The notes beneath the pieces were generated by a model. The model was not told where the DNA came from and made no database searches. It saw only the letters and a program-made list of their open reading frames with translations. A program made the translations under genes and the position numbers. A stretch of DNA of 64,000 nt from Deinococcus sp. (lineage in GTDB: Bacteria > Deinococcota > Deinococci > Deinococcales > Deinococcaceae), in the NCBI GenBank assembly GCA_965261005.1, contig OZ253375.1:2784001-2848000 (forward strand), written 5' to 3'. Numbering within the stretch: the stretch's first letter is position 1; each line of letters starts with the position of its first letter. Shown here piece by piece: positions 48,711 through 64,000 of this stretch.

Positions 48711-49159
48711 GCGGACTTGCTTTCCATCGCCTCCATCAAGCGCCGCTCCCGTTCCTCTTGACCTACGATTGCACGGGCACGACGTTCCGCCTTTTCCGCT
48801 GCGTATTCGTCCCAAAAGCGGTCGTTCTCGGCGCGCTCTTCGTCAGTCCAGTCAGGAACCAAGGCGAGAAGTTCTTTGACGTCCAAGGGCTTGATGTTCG
48901 CCACCTGGGCGAGCAGGTCGGGATTAATGTCCGCTTGCTGTTCGCGCCTGAGTACGTCTCTCACGGTCATGGGCGCTCCTGTGATCTCTTCCAGCCCCGA
49001 CAGCAGCTTGTCCAGCGTTTCCAGCGTGACGGCCTTGGTCTTGCCGTTCACGATGTCGTAGACCGTGTTTTTTGACAGGCTGCTGGCCCTCGCGAGGGCG
49101 GGCGGTTTTTTACTGTACTTGCGCAACGTTTCCGCCAGGGTCCAATGGGTGCGGGTCAT
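48707..49159 (-). CDS. Xre-type HTH protein, probable antitoxin
   Basis: LARASSLSKNTVYDIVNGKTKAVTLETLDKL plus charged C-terminal helix. Confidence 0.78.
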   Translation of the reverse strand: MTRTHWTLAETLRKYSKKPPALARASSLSKNTVYDIVNGKTKAVTLETLDKLLSGLEEITGAPMTVRDVLRREQQADINPDLLAQVANIKPLDVKELLALVPDWTDEERAENDRFWDEYAAEKAERRARAIVGQEERERRLMEAMESKSA

Positions 49160-49202
49160 TGGGATACATTACCAGGGGAGTGGGAAGAAGGGGGAGGCCA
49201 GC

Positions 49203-50435
49203 ATATCCATCTCTATAGAGAGCTTCGAGCGAGCGTTGAGCATCATCGAGGTGTGCCAAGAGAGCCTGTGGCCCGGCTTCGTTCCCGCTCGCACGCCCTT
49301 CCTGGCCTACGACGGGTAGAACACCTTTCTCTTCAACACGCGCCCCATCGAGCCGGGGTGGCGAGAGGGCGCAAAGATGTGGGTGTATCCGGGCCGCCAC
49401 CCGGGGGTTACGGCGAACACGGCCGTTCGGTTGGACGAAGAAACCCTTGCGGCCGGCCTACTGCTCGACACGTTCCCCGGCTCGACGAGCCTGATGGACC
49501 TCGCCGCACTCTCCGTTCACGAGGCGTTTCACGTGTACCAAGGGCACACGCCGTCTCCCGCTTGGAACGCCGACGAATTTGACGTGTTCACCTATCCGTT
49601 GACTGACCCCGAGCTGCTGGCCGCGCGAGCGATGGAGACGCGGGCTTTAGGGCGGGCGCTCGCCACAGAGAGCGGCTGGGAGCGTGAGGCTGCTGCCGCC
49701 CTCGCTTGGCGAGACGCGAGATTTGCGCGCCTCGGCCCCGAACATGTCCGGTACGAACAGGCTATGGAGCGCTTGGAGGGGCTGGCCCACTACGTCGAGC
49801 TGCGCTTCAAGCGGGCCTCGCCAGCCTTTCCGCCCACGGACTTTGCGGCCGAGCAGGTTCGGCAGCGCGCCTACGCCACGGGGGCGGCCTACGCCTTCTT
49901 GCTTGACCGCCTGGAAAGCGACTGGAAAGCGCGGGTAATCCATGAAGGTGCGGCGCTGGACGGCTTGCTGCGCGAGGCCGTAACGACTCACCCGACCGAA
50001 CTTGCCGCGTCAGGACACGTTCTGGAGTGGGCGCGCGGGGAATCGGCACGCCTCTTGACTCTGAGGCGGCAGTCGTTGCACGATTTCGAGCGGCAAGTGG
50101 GGGAACGCCTGATCTTGAGGTCGGGCCTGCCCCTGTTGCCCCAGGGCTTCGATCCGCTCAACATGCTCTTTCTGGGCGATGGCGCGGTGTTGCACCGCCG
50201 CTTCCTGCGCTTCGGCAGCGCCGCCGTGCGGGGTGAGGTGCTGGGGCGCGCGTGCCTGACCTTTTCGAGCGGCGAGCACCCGCTGACGTCGGGCTTTCGA
50301 GAAGTGCAGCTCGTCGGGGTTTCGGATGTGCGGGTGACGGCTGAGGGTTTGACCGCCGTCGGGGATGGTCTGTCTCTACAGGTTCAGGGCGGACAAGTAC
50401 ACCGCCTTGAAGACGGCTGGCTCTGCGAGGTGTAG
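49203..50435 (+). pseudogene. Putative HExxH metallopeptidase-like gene with ATA at the start position and in-frame TAG (49317-49319)
   Basis: VHEAFHVYQ and LEGLAHYVE; upstream frame LWPGF..PFLAYDG* is in frame with the 49377 ORF; RBS GGGGAGG precedes ATA. Confidence 0.55.
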
Positions 50436-50452
50436 GCGCGGCGGAGAAACCG

Positions 50453-50746
50453 TCACCCTTCCCTCGGCAGCCGCACCACCTCCAAATCCGTGACCACATA
50501 CATCCCTAGCAATTCTTGTTGCTCGCTTCTACTCGGCATCTTGCCCAGATGCTCGGGGGCAATGGCCGGGTGAAGCTGTTCGCACACAAGGGCGATGGCG
50601 GCCTCGGCCCCCTTGGAGGCGTCGAGGCTCTTCAGGTAGAGTTCCAGCGCCCGAATCACCGCGTCCGTCCTTCTCTGACCCGTGGCCGCCACCACCTGAT
50701 CGAGCAAGTCGGCCGCCGCCGTGTTCTTGATGTTGATCTGCCGCAT
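50453..50746 (-). CDS. VapB-like antitoxin (Rv0623-like) fused to a probable toxin C-terminal remnant
   Basis: INIKN..TGQRRTDAVIRAL..EQQELLG, then TDLEVVRL resembling a VapC C-terminus. Confidence 0.6.
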   Translation of the reverse strand: MRQINIKNTAAADLLDQVVAATGQRRTDAVIRALELYLKSLDASKGAEAAIALVCEQLHPAIAPEHLGKMPSRSEQQELLGMYVVTDLEVVRLPREG

Positions 50747-50836
50747 GGAGGTCAGTCTAGCGCTTTTCTATAGTTTTTCGGTTCATAGCTAGAAAACGGC
50801 CGAGGACTCGCCCCGGCCGCTTCTCACCCCAACTTC

Positions 50837-53260
<2,424 letters not shown>

Positions 53261-53274
53261 GTTCTTCCTTTCCT

Positions 53275-54375
53275 TTACTGGTTCCCGATTGTGACCGAGG
53301 AGACCTTGCTCCAGTAATCGGCCTGTGGCGGCAGCTTGAGCGTTCTCAGATAAGCGGCGAGGTCGTCGAGGTCCTGATCGGTCAGCTTGCCTTTGTATGA
53401 GGGCATCAGGCTGCCCGGCTTCTCACCCGGCGAGTTGAGAATCCAGGGCTTGAGTTCGGCGCGGGCGGCGGCGCCTTCCCACATGCCGGCGCCGAGGGTG
53501 TTGCGCGAGCCGAAAAAGCTGAGGTCGGGTCCGGCCTGCCCGGCGGCCGGGGTGCCCTGGATACGGTGGCAGCCCGCGCAATTGGCCGAGCCGTTTTTGC
53601 CCTTGAGAAAAATCTGGTAGCCGCGCTGCTCGCTGGCCGTTGTTGGGGCGGGCGCTTTGTAGGCGCGGGCCGCCGCCGTGAAGGCGTTCCAGTCGGCGGG
53701 TTTCAGCACGACCACCTTGAAGCGCATGTTGGCGTGCGACGGGCCACACAGCTGTGAGCAGTTCCCTTGATACGCGCCCGGCTGGCTGGTGTCCACCGTC
53801 CACAGCTTTTTGACGCCGGGAATGGCCGCGCGTTGAGGACCCAAGTTGGGCGCCCAAAAGCCGTGGATCACGTCGCGCGCCGTGGTCTCGACGCCGATGG
53901 GCTGCCCGGCCGGCACGACCATCTCGTTGCCATTGGCGAAGTTGCCCAGGGTCGGGTAGGTGAAGTTCCACCAAAACTGCGCGCCCAGGGCGTCCACCCG
54001 CACGGTGTTGGGCGGTACCGGGTTGGTGCGCGCCATGGTCCTGACCGTCAGCACCGCGAGGACGGTCACGATGGCCAGGGGCACGGCGATCAGCGAAATC
54101 TCCAGAACGTTGTTGCCGTGAAACTGGGCCGGCTCATGCGTGTCGCCGGGGCGCTCGCGAAACTTGTACACGCTGTAGAAGATGGCCCAAGCCGTCGCGG
54201 CGAAGATCAGCACCGACATCACGATGGCCGGAATGCTCATCCACCAGATTTCGCGGTTGTAGCGTGAGCTGAAGTCGCCCATGAAGAGAAAGCTGCGTGA
54301 GGTGGATTCCTGGGCGGAAGCCGCGCCGGCGGCGAGCAGCGCGAGGGCGAGTGGGCGACAGAAGAACTTCAACAT
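53275..54375 (-). CDS. coxB: Cytochrome c oxidase subunit II with fused cytochrome c
   Basis: DVIHGFW, CuA motif [12 protein letters not shown], heme motif CAGCH. Confidence 0.93.
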   Translation of the reverse strand: MLKFFCRPLALALLAAGAASAQESTSRSFLFMGDFSSRYNREIWWMSIPAIVMSVLIFAATAWAIFYSVYKFRERPGDTHEPAQFHGNNVLEISLIAVPLAIVTVLAVLTVRTMARTNPVPPNTVRVDALGAQFWWNFTYPTLGNFANGNEMVVPAGQPIGVETTARDVIHGFWAPNLGPQRAAIPGVKKLWTVDTSQPGAYQGNCSQLCGPSHANMRFKVVVLKPADWNAFTAAARAYKAPAPTTASEQRGYQIFLKGKNGSANCAGCHRIQGTPAAGQAGPDLSFFGSRNTLGAGMWEGAAARAELKPWILNSPGEKPGSLMPSYKGKLTDQDLDDLAAYLRTLKLPPQADYWSKVSSVTIGNQ

Positions 54376-54446
54376 GACCCCTTTCTAACGCAACGTGCAC
54401 ACGAGGATAAGGTACGAATGCCTTGCCGGGAAGCGCCCCTCAACCC

Positions 54447-55327
<881 letters not shown>

Positions 55328-55331
<4 letters not shown>

Positions 55332-56326
55332 GCCGCCACCCCGTTCAGACGGGCGACCCGCCCGCGCGCCGCCAAAAAGGCGAAGCACAGCCGCACCGTC
55401 ACCAGCCACATCAGGCAGGCCAGCAACAGGTGCGTCAGCTGCATCCAGTTGGGCGCGCGCAGGGCGACGTTCAGGAAGCCCGCCAGCATTTGCGCCGCGA
55501 TCACGCCGACCAGGATCAGGCTCCAGCGCCCCCCTTCTCGGGAGGGCCGCGCCTTTTGCGCCCAGTTGGCGAACACCAGCAGGTAGCCGCTCACAAAGAG
55601 GGCGAGCAGGGGATGAACGACCCGCAAGCGCTCGATGATGCCCGCCGTCGCGGCGAAGTCGCCCCGCACCGTCTCCAAGCCGACCGCCCCCTCCGGCCGG
55701 AACAGCAAGTCGCCCAGCGCGGTCACGGCGCCGGCCATGCCCAGCAGCAGCATGCCGGCCACGGCCACGGCCACGGCCCAGCCGAGAGCACCCTGCCCGC
55801 CCCAGCGAATGCTCGGCGCCCCCGAGGCCCACAAGGCCGTCAGCAGCAGCGCGGCCATTAGCGCGAAGGTGTTGGCGAGGTGCAGCCCCTGCACGAAGCC
55901 GCGCGCCGGGTCGGTGGAGCTGGCCGTCAGGCCCAGCAACACCTGCACGCCGCCGATCAGGCCCTCGAACACGATCAAACCCAGCGAGAGTACGGCGCCG
56001 AAACGCACCGGGTCACCCTTCGGGCGGCGCCACAGCACCCAGACCGCCAGGCCCAGCGCCAGCATCCCCGACAAGCCGCTGGTCAGGCGGTGGCTGAGCT
56101 CAATGACGGTGTGCAGCGTGGGCGAGGGCGGCAGCGCCACGCCGTTGCACAGCGGCCAGTGGCTGCCGCAGCCCGCCCCCGACCCCGAGACGCGCACGTA
56201 GGCGCCCCACAAGATGACCAGGACGTTGTAGGCCAGCGCCGCCCAAGCGAGGGTGGCCAGCGAGAGGCCCCGGCCGCCCGTCTGTTTCCCGTCCACCGAT
56301 CTGATCTGCGCCCTCGTTCCCCTCAC
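55328..56326 (-). CDS. ctaA: Heme A synthase (COX15/CtaA); start uncertain
   Basis: [19 protein letters not shown], further His in TM helices. Confidence 0.88.
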
Positions 56327-56531
56327 TCTTCAGCCCCCAGTTCCCGGCTCATCCTTCACCCGGGCCAAACGTTCACTCAAGTTCGACGTTCGCCCGCCCA
56401 TAGGACCGAAGCCTCCGCCTCCCGCGCCCGTGCCGCGCGTCAGTGTAGCGCCATACTAGGGCCGCCCACGGCCGCCCCTGAGTACATTTGTCCCCGCGCC
56501 AGGACGCAAAAAAACGCACTACAATGCAAAA

Positions 56532-57029
<498 letters not shown>

Positions 57030-57067
57030 GGCCGCGCTTCGGGCAGATATTGGTACCAGAGTCCGTG

Positions 57068-58501
57068 TCAGTTGAGGGTGCGCTGGCTCCCGCCATGCAG
57101 CGCGCGCTCGGCACGCTCCACGTAGTCACTCAGGGTGGCGTACCACTCGTCGCTGCGGTCGGTGTGTTCGAGGGCGAGGCTGGCGTGCTGGTGGATGATG
57201 GCCGGCTCGCGAAATCCTTGCTGGGCGAGCACGTCGGCGGCCATCTGGTGCGCCGTGACCCACTCGGGTGAGCCGGGCGCCGCCTCCTCGATCACGCGCT
57301 GGTAGTGTTCGAGCGCCTCGTCGAGGTGATAGTAGTCGAGCGCCACGCTGCCGAGCACCAAGCTGGCGGGCACGGTGGCCCCCTGCGCCAGAGCCTGCTG
57401 CGCACTGGCCTCCGCCTCTTGTAAGCGCCCGAGGCGGTACTCGGCCTCGGCGAGGTCGGCGTGAACTTCGGGCAGGTAGGGGTAGTCGGGATAGGCGAGC
57501 GTCTCCAGCAGGCGCTCGCGCGCCTCCAGCGGCCGGTCCTGGTCCAGGTAGGCCACGCCCATCTCGTGCAGGGCGTAGGCACGCTCGGTTGGGTTCGAGA
57601 GCCGCAACGACTCCTCGAAGTGCCGCATGGCCTCGTCGAAGCGCGTGAGGGCCACCAGCACCTGACCCCACACCAGTTCCACCCCGGAACTGGGGTCGCC
57701 ATGCCGCCGCTCCAAGCGGCCCGCCTCGGTGATGGCCGTGAGCGCCGCCCCGCTGTCGCCCAGCGCCAGCTCGGCTTGGGCCAACAGGTAGTGCCACGCG
57801 GCCAAGTGCAGGCCCTCGTCCGCGTCCCCGCTGGCCTTGCCGGTGTACTCGCCGCGGGCACGCTCCAGGACGCGCCTCGCTTCCTCGGCGCGCTCCATTT
57901 GCAAGAGGACGGCTGCCTGCTCTTGCAGCATGATGGCGCGGTTGAGCTGGCTGGCGAGGTGGGCCGCCTCGGCGTAGAGGTCGGCCGCCCCTTGGTGGTG
58001 GCCGAGCTGCTCCTCGCAGTCGGCTTGCCACGACCTGAGGCGCCAGCGCAGGTGAGGCGGCACGTCGCTCGCGGCCGGGGCCGTGTTCAGCGCCTGCTCG
58101 GGCCGCTCGGCCATGCTCAGCGCCACCAGCAGGTGGTAGCGTGCCAGCGCCTCCTCGCCGGGCAGCTGAAGCAGCCTGGGCGCGCGAACCGCCGAGTTGG
58201 CCAACTCGGCGGCTTGTTCGGGCTGTTCGCGCGCCATCAGCTCGGCGCGCAGGGCGCGCTGCAAGGCGTCCTCGCGCAGCGCCGGATCCAAACGTGCCGC
58301 CTCGGTGAGGGCTTGCCGGGCGTCCTCCGCTCCCGCGTCCCCATACAAGCTGTGCATGCTGGCGGCCAACACCGACAAGCGCGCCCGGCCACGCTTGTCG
58401 GTTTCGCCGTAAGCGCCGTCCAGAACGGCATAAGCCGACTCAAAGTCCTCATGCTCGAGGGCGCGCGCAATTTGCTGCCAGGTTGTCGAGAGCTGAATCA
58501 T
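57068..58501 (-). CDS. Tetratricopeptide repeat protein
   Basis: Repeated helical units such as [16 protein letters not shown] and [10 protein letters not shown]. Confidence 0.8.
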   Translation of the reverse strand: MIQLSTTWQQIARALEHEDFESAYAVLDGAYGETDKRGRARLSVLAASMHSLYGDAGAEDARQALTEAARLDPALREDALQRALRAELMAREQPEQAAELANSAVRAPRLLQLPGEEALARYHLLVALSMAERPEQALNTAPAASDVPPHLRWRLRSWQADCEEQLGHHQGAADLYAEAAHLASQLNRAIMLQEQAAVLLQMERAEEARRVLERARGEYTGKASGDADEGLHLAAWHYLLAQAELALGDSGAALTAITEAGRLERRHGDPSSGVELVWGQVLVALTRFDEAMRHFEESLRLSNPTERAYALHEMGVAYLDQDRPLEARERLLETLAYPDYPYLPEVHADLAEAEYRLGRLQEAEASAQQALAQGATVPASLVLGSVALDYYHLDEALEHYQRVIEEAAPGSPEWVTAHQMAADVLAQQGFREPAIIHQHASLALEHTDRSDEWYATLSDYVERAERALHGGSQRTLN

Positions 58502-58517
58502 GTTCAGGGCGCCAGCA

Positions 58518-58646
58518 TACCGCTTATCGGAAGGACGCGCAGAGGGCGAATACCCGAACGGGCGGGCCGCCCCGACCGGCGAAGACGTACCGCTTATCTG
58601 GAGGACACGCAGAAGACGAACGCACGAACGGTCGGGCCGTCCCTGA
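58518..58646. repeat. Diverged 70-nt-period tandem duplication
   Basis: TACCGCTTATC..AGGAC.CGCAGA...CGAA....CGAACGG.CGGGCCG at 58518 and 58588. Confidence 0.8.
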
Positions 58647-58849
58647 GCGTCATATCCCACCTGTAACGTAAGCCACGCCCCCTCACCTTGAGTCTGGTAC
58701 ACTCAAGTATCGCGCCTTTGCCAAGCTCTAAAGGTGCGCCCAGCGGCAAGTTATTCGGTGTCTGAGGTCTTCGCGCACAGTGACTTACATAGTAGAGTAG
58801 CTTACACAGTGGGTTACTCGGAGCGCAGCATCCGATTGGAGGACGTAAC

Positions 58850-60709
<1,860 letters not shown>

Positions 60710-60856
60710 AGAAGAAAGCGTAAGCGTATCGGCAGATCCCACGGGGTCTGCTTTTTTTCTTGTTGGGGTTCCGTCCCCACAGGGCGCTACACTCTGAACG
60801 TTATCCCAAGCTACAGACCGCCGTCGGGCTTGGGAAGCTTTCGAGAGGGGGAACGT

Positions 60857-61657
60857 TTGAACGCCAAAGTGATCGTCGTGACGTCCGGCAAGGGGGGTGT
60901 GGGCAAAACGACCACCACCGCCAACATCGGCGCGGGGCTGGCTAGGTTGGGCGAAAAGGTCGTCGTGATTGACGTGGATGTGGGCCTCAGGAACCTCGAC
61001 GTGGTGATGGGCTTGGAGAGCCGGGTCGTGTTCGACCTGATCGACGTGATCGAGGGCAAGTGCCGTTTGCGCCAAGCCCTCATTCGTGACAAGCGCGCCG
61101 AAAATTTGTACCTGCTGCCGGCCTCGCAGACGCGCGACAAGGACGCCCTCGACGCCGACAAGATGGGCACGGCCATTCGCGCGCTGCTCGATGAGGAGGG
61201 CTTTGAGCGGGTGTTGGTGGACTCGCCCGCCGGCATCGAGAGCGGCTTCAAGACCGCCGCCGCCCACGCCGAGGGCGCCCTGGTGGTCGTGAATCCCGAG
61301 GTGTCGAGCGTGCGCGACGCCGACCGCATCATCGGCCTGCTGGAGGCCCAGCAGGTGCGCGAGATTCGCCTGGTCATCAACCGCCTGCGGCCCAAAATGG
61401 TCGCCAGCGGCAACATGCTCTCCGAAGCGGACATCCTCGACATCCTGGGCGTCAAGCCCATCGGCATCATTCCCGAGGACGAGAACATTTTGGTGTCCAC
61501 CAACGTGGGCGAGCCGGCGGTGCTGGGCAGCTCGCGCGCCGGTCAAGCTTTTCTCAACACCGCCCGCCGCGTTCACGGCGAGGACGTGCCGTTTATGAAA
61601 ATGGAGGAGGACCGCGGCTTTCTGGCGGCCCTCAAGCGGCTGTTCGGGGGCGCCTGA
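60857..61657 (+). CDS. minD: Septum site-determining ATPase
   Basis: TSGKGGVGKTT, DVGLRNLD, DSPAGIE, C-terminal amphipathic LKRLFG. Confidence 0.96.
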   Translation: MNAKVIVVTSGKGGVGKTTTTANIGAGLARLGEKVVVIDVDVGLRNLDVVMGLESRVVFDLIDVIEGKCRLRQALIRDKRAENLYLLPASQTRDKDALDADKMGTAIRALLDEEGFERVLVDSPAGIESGFKTAAAHAEGALVVVNPEVSSVRDADRIIGLLEAQQVREIRLVINRLRPKMVASGNMLSEADILDILGVKPIGIIPEDENILVSTNVGEPAVLGSSRAGQAFLNTARRVHGEDVPFMKMEEDRGFLAALKRLFGGA

Positions 61658-61893
61658 TGTTTTGGGGCCGCAACAAGCGCAGCAAGGAAACCCTCAAGGA
61701 CCGCTTGGAGCTGGTGCTGGCCTACGACCGCGCCCAGATTCCCCCCGGTAAGGTGGACGCGCTGCGGCGCGACCTGATGGAGGTGGTGGAGCGCTACTTT
61801 CCGTCGGAAGGGCACGTGGGGCCGCAGGTCGAGGTCGAGCAGCGCGGCGACACGGTGGTCTTGGTCGCCAACATCCCGCTGGGCAAGCCTTGA
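61657..61893 (+). CDS. minE: Cell division topological specificity factor
   Basis: KDRLELVLAYDR, VANIP. Confidence 0.93.
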   Translation: MFWGRNKRSKETLKDRLELVLAYDRAQIPPGKVDALRRDLMEVVERYFPSEGHVGPQVEVEQRGDTVVLVANIPLGKP

Positions 61894-62861
61894 CCGAGCA
61901 AGATGTGACCGAGCAAGATGTGACCGGGCAAGCTGTGACCGGGCAAGCTGTGACTGGGCAACCCCCGGTTCTCGGCGCCGTCACCGGGCCGCTGTCCCAG
62001 CTGAGGCGGCCCCTCGGCGTCTTCGATTCGGGGGTGGGCGGCCTGACGGTGCTGCGCGCCCTGCGCGCGGCCATGCCAGAGCGCGACTTCATCTACCTGG
62101 CCGATACCGCCCGCGTGCCCTACGGCCGCAAGCCGCGCGAGATGGTGGCCGGCTTCGCCCGGGAAATTGCCAGTTTTTTGGTTGAACTCGGCGCGCACGG
62201 CGTGGTGGTGGCCTGCAACACGGCCGCCTCCGCCGCGCCGGACCTGAGCCTCAGCGTTCCCGTCTGGAACGTGGTCGGCCCCGGCGTGGAGGCCGCGCGC
62301 CGCCGCACCAAGAGCGGGCGGGTCGGCGTGATCGCCACGCGCGGCACGGTGGCGAGCGGCGCGTATCAGGACCGCCTGACGGCTCTAGGGCTGGACGTCT
62401 GGGCGGCGGCCTGCCCCATGTTCGTGCCGCTGGTGGAGGAGGGCTTGTCCGACTCCGCCGAGGCGCGCTCGCTGGCCCAGCTGTACCTGGCGAATCGCCC
62501 CGACCTCGACACCCTGATCTTGGGGTGCACCCACTACCCGGCGCTGCGCGGGGTCATTGCGGAAACCGTGGGGCCGGACGTGACCCTGGTGGACAGTGCC
62601 GAGGTGACGGCCGAAAGGGTGTTCGCGGGGACGGCCCCGGTGGGCGGAAGCGGGCGGACGCTGCACTTGGTCACCGGGGACGTCGCCGCCTACCAGCACA
62701 CCGCCTCGCTGCTGGGCGTCCGCTTCACCCCGGAGTTGGACGGCTGGAGCGACCAAGTGAGCGATCAGGTGAGCGATCAGGTGAGCGATCAGGTCGTTCA
62801 CCTCGACGTGCTGGCGCTGTCCGGGAACGGTTTGGCTGGGAGGCCGCATGCTGCGCGCTGA
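61890..62861 (+). CDS. murI: Glutamate racemase with repeat-expanded ends
   Basis: GVFDSGVGGLTV, PYG, VACNT, LGCTHYP. Confidence 0.93.
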   Translation: MTEQDVTEQDVTGQAVTGQAVTGQPPVLGAVTGPLSQLRRPLGVFDSGVGGLTVLRALRAAMPERDFIYLADTARVPYGRKPREMVAGFAREIASFLVELGAHGVVVACNTAASAAPDLSLSVPVWNVVGPGVEAARRRTKSGRVGVIATRGTVASGAYQDRLTALGLDVWAAACPMFVPLVEEGLSDSAEARSLAQLYLANRPDLDTLILGCTHYPALRGVIAETVGPDVTLVDSAEVTAERVFAGTAPVGGSGRTLHLVTGDVAAYQHTASLLGVRFTPELDGWSDQVSDQVSDQVSDQVVHLDVLALSGNGLAGRPHAAR

Positions 62862-63552
62862 CCGCCCTTCCGACGCGGCGCGCGAGTTGCGCGTGCAGCG
62901 CGGCGTCAACCGCCACGCCGAGGGGTCGGCGTTCTTGGAACTGGGCCATACCCGGGTGCTGGTAACCCTCAGCTTGGAGAACAAGGTTCCCTTCCACCTG
63001 CGCGGCCAAAAGACCGGCTGGCTGATGGCCGAGTACGACATGCTGCCCCGGGCTACCCACGAGCGGGTTTCCCGCGAGCGCAACGCGCAGGGAGGGCGCC
63101 GCCAAGAGATTCAGCGGCTGCTGGGCCGGTCGCTGCGTAGCGCGGTGGACCTCGACCTCTTCCGGGGCAAGACCCTGGTGGTGGACGCCGACGTGTTGCA
63201 GGCCGACGGCGGCACGCGCGTCGCCAGCTTGCTCGGCGCCTACGCCGCGCTGTTCGACTTCGCCGACCGGCAGGTGAGGGCCGGCAAGCTCTCGGAGTGG
63301 CCGCTGCGGCACGAGGTGGGCGCCGTTTCGGTGGGTGTGGTGGACGGTGAACTGCGGCTCGACCTCAACTACGCCGAGGACGCCCGCGCCACGGCCGACC
63401 TCAACGTGGTGGCGACGGCGGACGGGCAGCTCTTGGAGGTGCAGGGGGGCGCCGAGGGCGAGCCGCTCGCGCCTGAGCGTTTCGCGGCGATGGTGGCGCT
63501 GGGGTTGAGCGGCGTGGCCGCGCTGCTAGAGCGGTTGCGCGCTCAACTCTAA
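62848..63552 (+). CDS. rph: Ribonuclease PH
   Basis: AEGSA, AEYDMLP, EIQRLLGRSLR, VLQADGGTR, DLNYAED. Confidence 0.93.
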   Translation: MLRADRPSDAARELRVQRGVNRHAEGSAFLELGHTRVLVTLSLENKVPFHLRGQKTGWLMAEYDMLPRATHERVSRERNAQGGRRQEIQRLLGRSLRSAVDLDLFRGKTLVVDADVLQADGGTRVASLLGAYAALFDFADRQVRAGKLSEWPLRHEVGAVSVGVVDGELRLDLNYAEDARATADLNVVATADGQLLEVQGGAEGEPLAPERFAAMVALGLSGVAALLERLRAQL

Positions 63553-63553
63553 A

Positions 63554-63667
63554 ACCCTATCCGGAAAGTGGGGCGAGCTTACGCCAGATGATAGACGCTT
63601 ACTTTTCTCGCGTGGCTTTTCGATTGCGTCGTCAAGCCCTGATGCCATCACACTTTCTGGATAGGGT
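63554..63667. mobile_element. MITE-like element or internally deleted IS
   Basis: 114 bp bounded by ACCCTATCCGGAAAGTG / CACTTTCTGGATAGGGT (16/17 inverted match). Confidence 0.7.
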
Positions 63668-63734
63668 CGAAGGCGACACAATCCCCTCACCCGCTAACCA
63701 CACCTTCACTGCCAGCATCAATCCCTATTCGCAG

Positions 63735-64000
63735 TTATGTGAGCCGCAGGGGCAAAGTTTCCAAGCTGCGGACCACCGAGCCACTACGCCATCTCAACTC
63801 CCTGTCTATCAGCTGAAGCTTGGGATAGCGTTGCCGGAGGCTGGACAGCGCAAGCTGCATTTCCAAACGCACCAGCGGCGCCCCCAGGCAGTAATGAATG
63901 CCCATGCCAAAGGCTAGATGGGCCATGTGTGAATTACCAGCGCGTGTCAGGTCCAGCTCATTGGGTCGGGCGAATGCCATCGGGTCACGGTTAGCTGAGC
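63735..64000 (-). CDS. Cytochrome P450, C-terminal part (truncated by window edge)
   Basis: ANRDP and heme motif HLAFGMGIHYCLG. Confidence 0.9.
   Translation of the reverse strand, partial: SANRDPMAFARPNELDLTRAGNSHMAHLAFGMGIHYCLGAPLVRLEMQLALSSLRQRYPKLQLIDRELRWRSGSVVRSLETLPLRLT

Noticed and set aside
58518..58646. CRISPR-like spacing of the 70-nt repeat
   Set aside because: Only two diverged units, similarity runs through the would-be spacer, and there are no cas genes

Overview
GC-rich chromosomal segment of a Deinococcus-like bacterium (Deinococcota). The assignment rests on ddrO with RDRM operators, an SlpA-type S-layer gene, a 23S-5S-tRNA-Gly unit without 16S, a caa3-type oxidase and many apparently leaderless genes. 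Most of the window is housekeeping: mreB-fabZ-lptF/G, asd, argF/C/J, fadB-like, iscA, oppABC, ruvC, moaD/E, tgt, slpA, ppaC, folC, rocF, moaC, rpmF, cysK, ruvB, cox/cta, ftsH, minDE, murI and rph. Accessory patches lie at 30.6-33 kb, 40-43 kb, 44.8-50.8 kb and after 63.55 kb. The most notable observations are: (1) an unannotated Thr/Ile leader-peptide attenuator upstream of asd, apparently on a leaderless mRNA; (2) an orphan PAAR spike-tip gene inside the arginine operon; (3) a translationally coupled LptF/G-glycosyltransferase-deacetylase-methyltransferase run, a candidate glycolipid modification and export module; (4) a compositionally mosaic slpA; (5) four accessory genes each broken by one in-frame stop; (6) three toxin-antitoxin modules, two disarmed; (7) an IS66 remnant interleaved with an NPCBM fragment, two MITE-like elements, a GTAG REP and many micro-duplications at gene junctions. 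No CRISPR array or intact prophage was seen. All family calls are by-eye motif recognition, not database searches, and start codons are best estimates.
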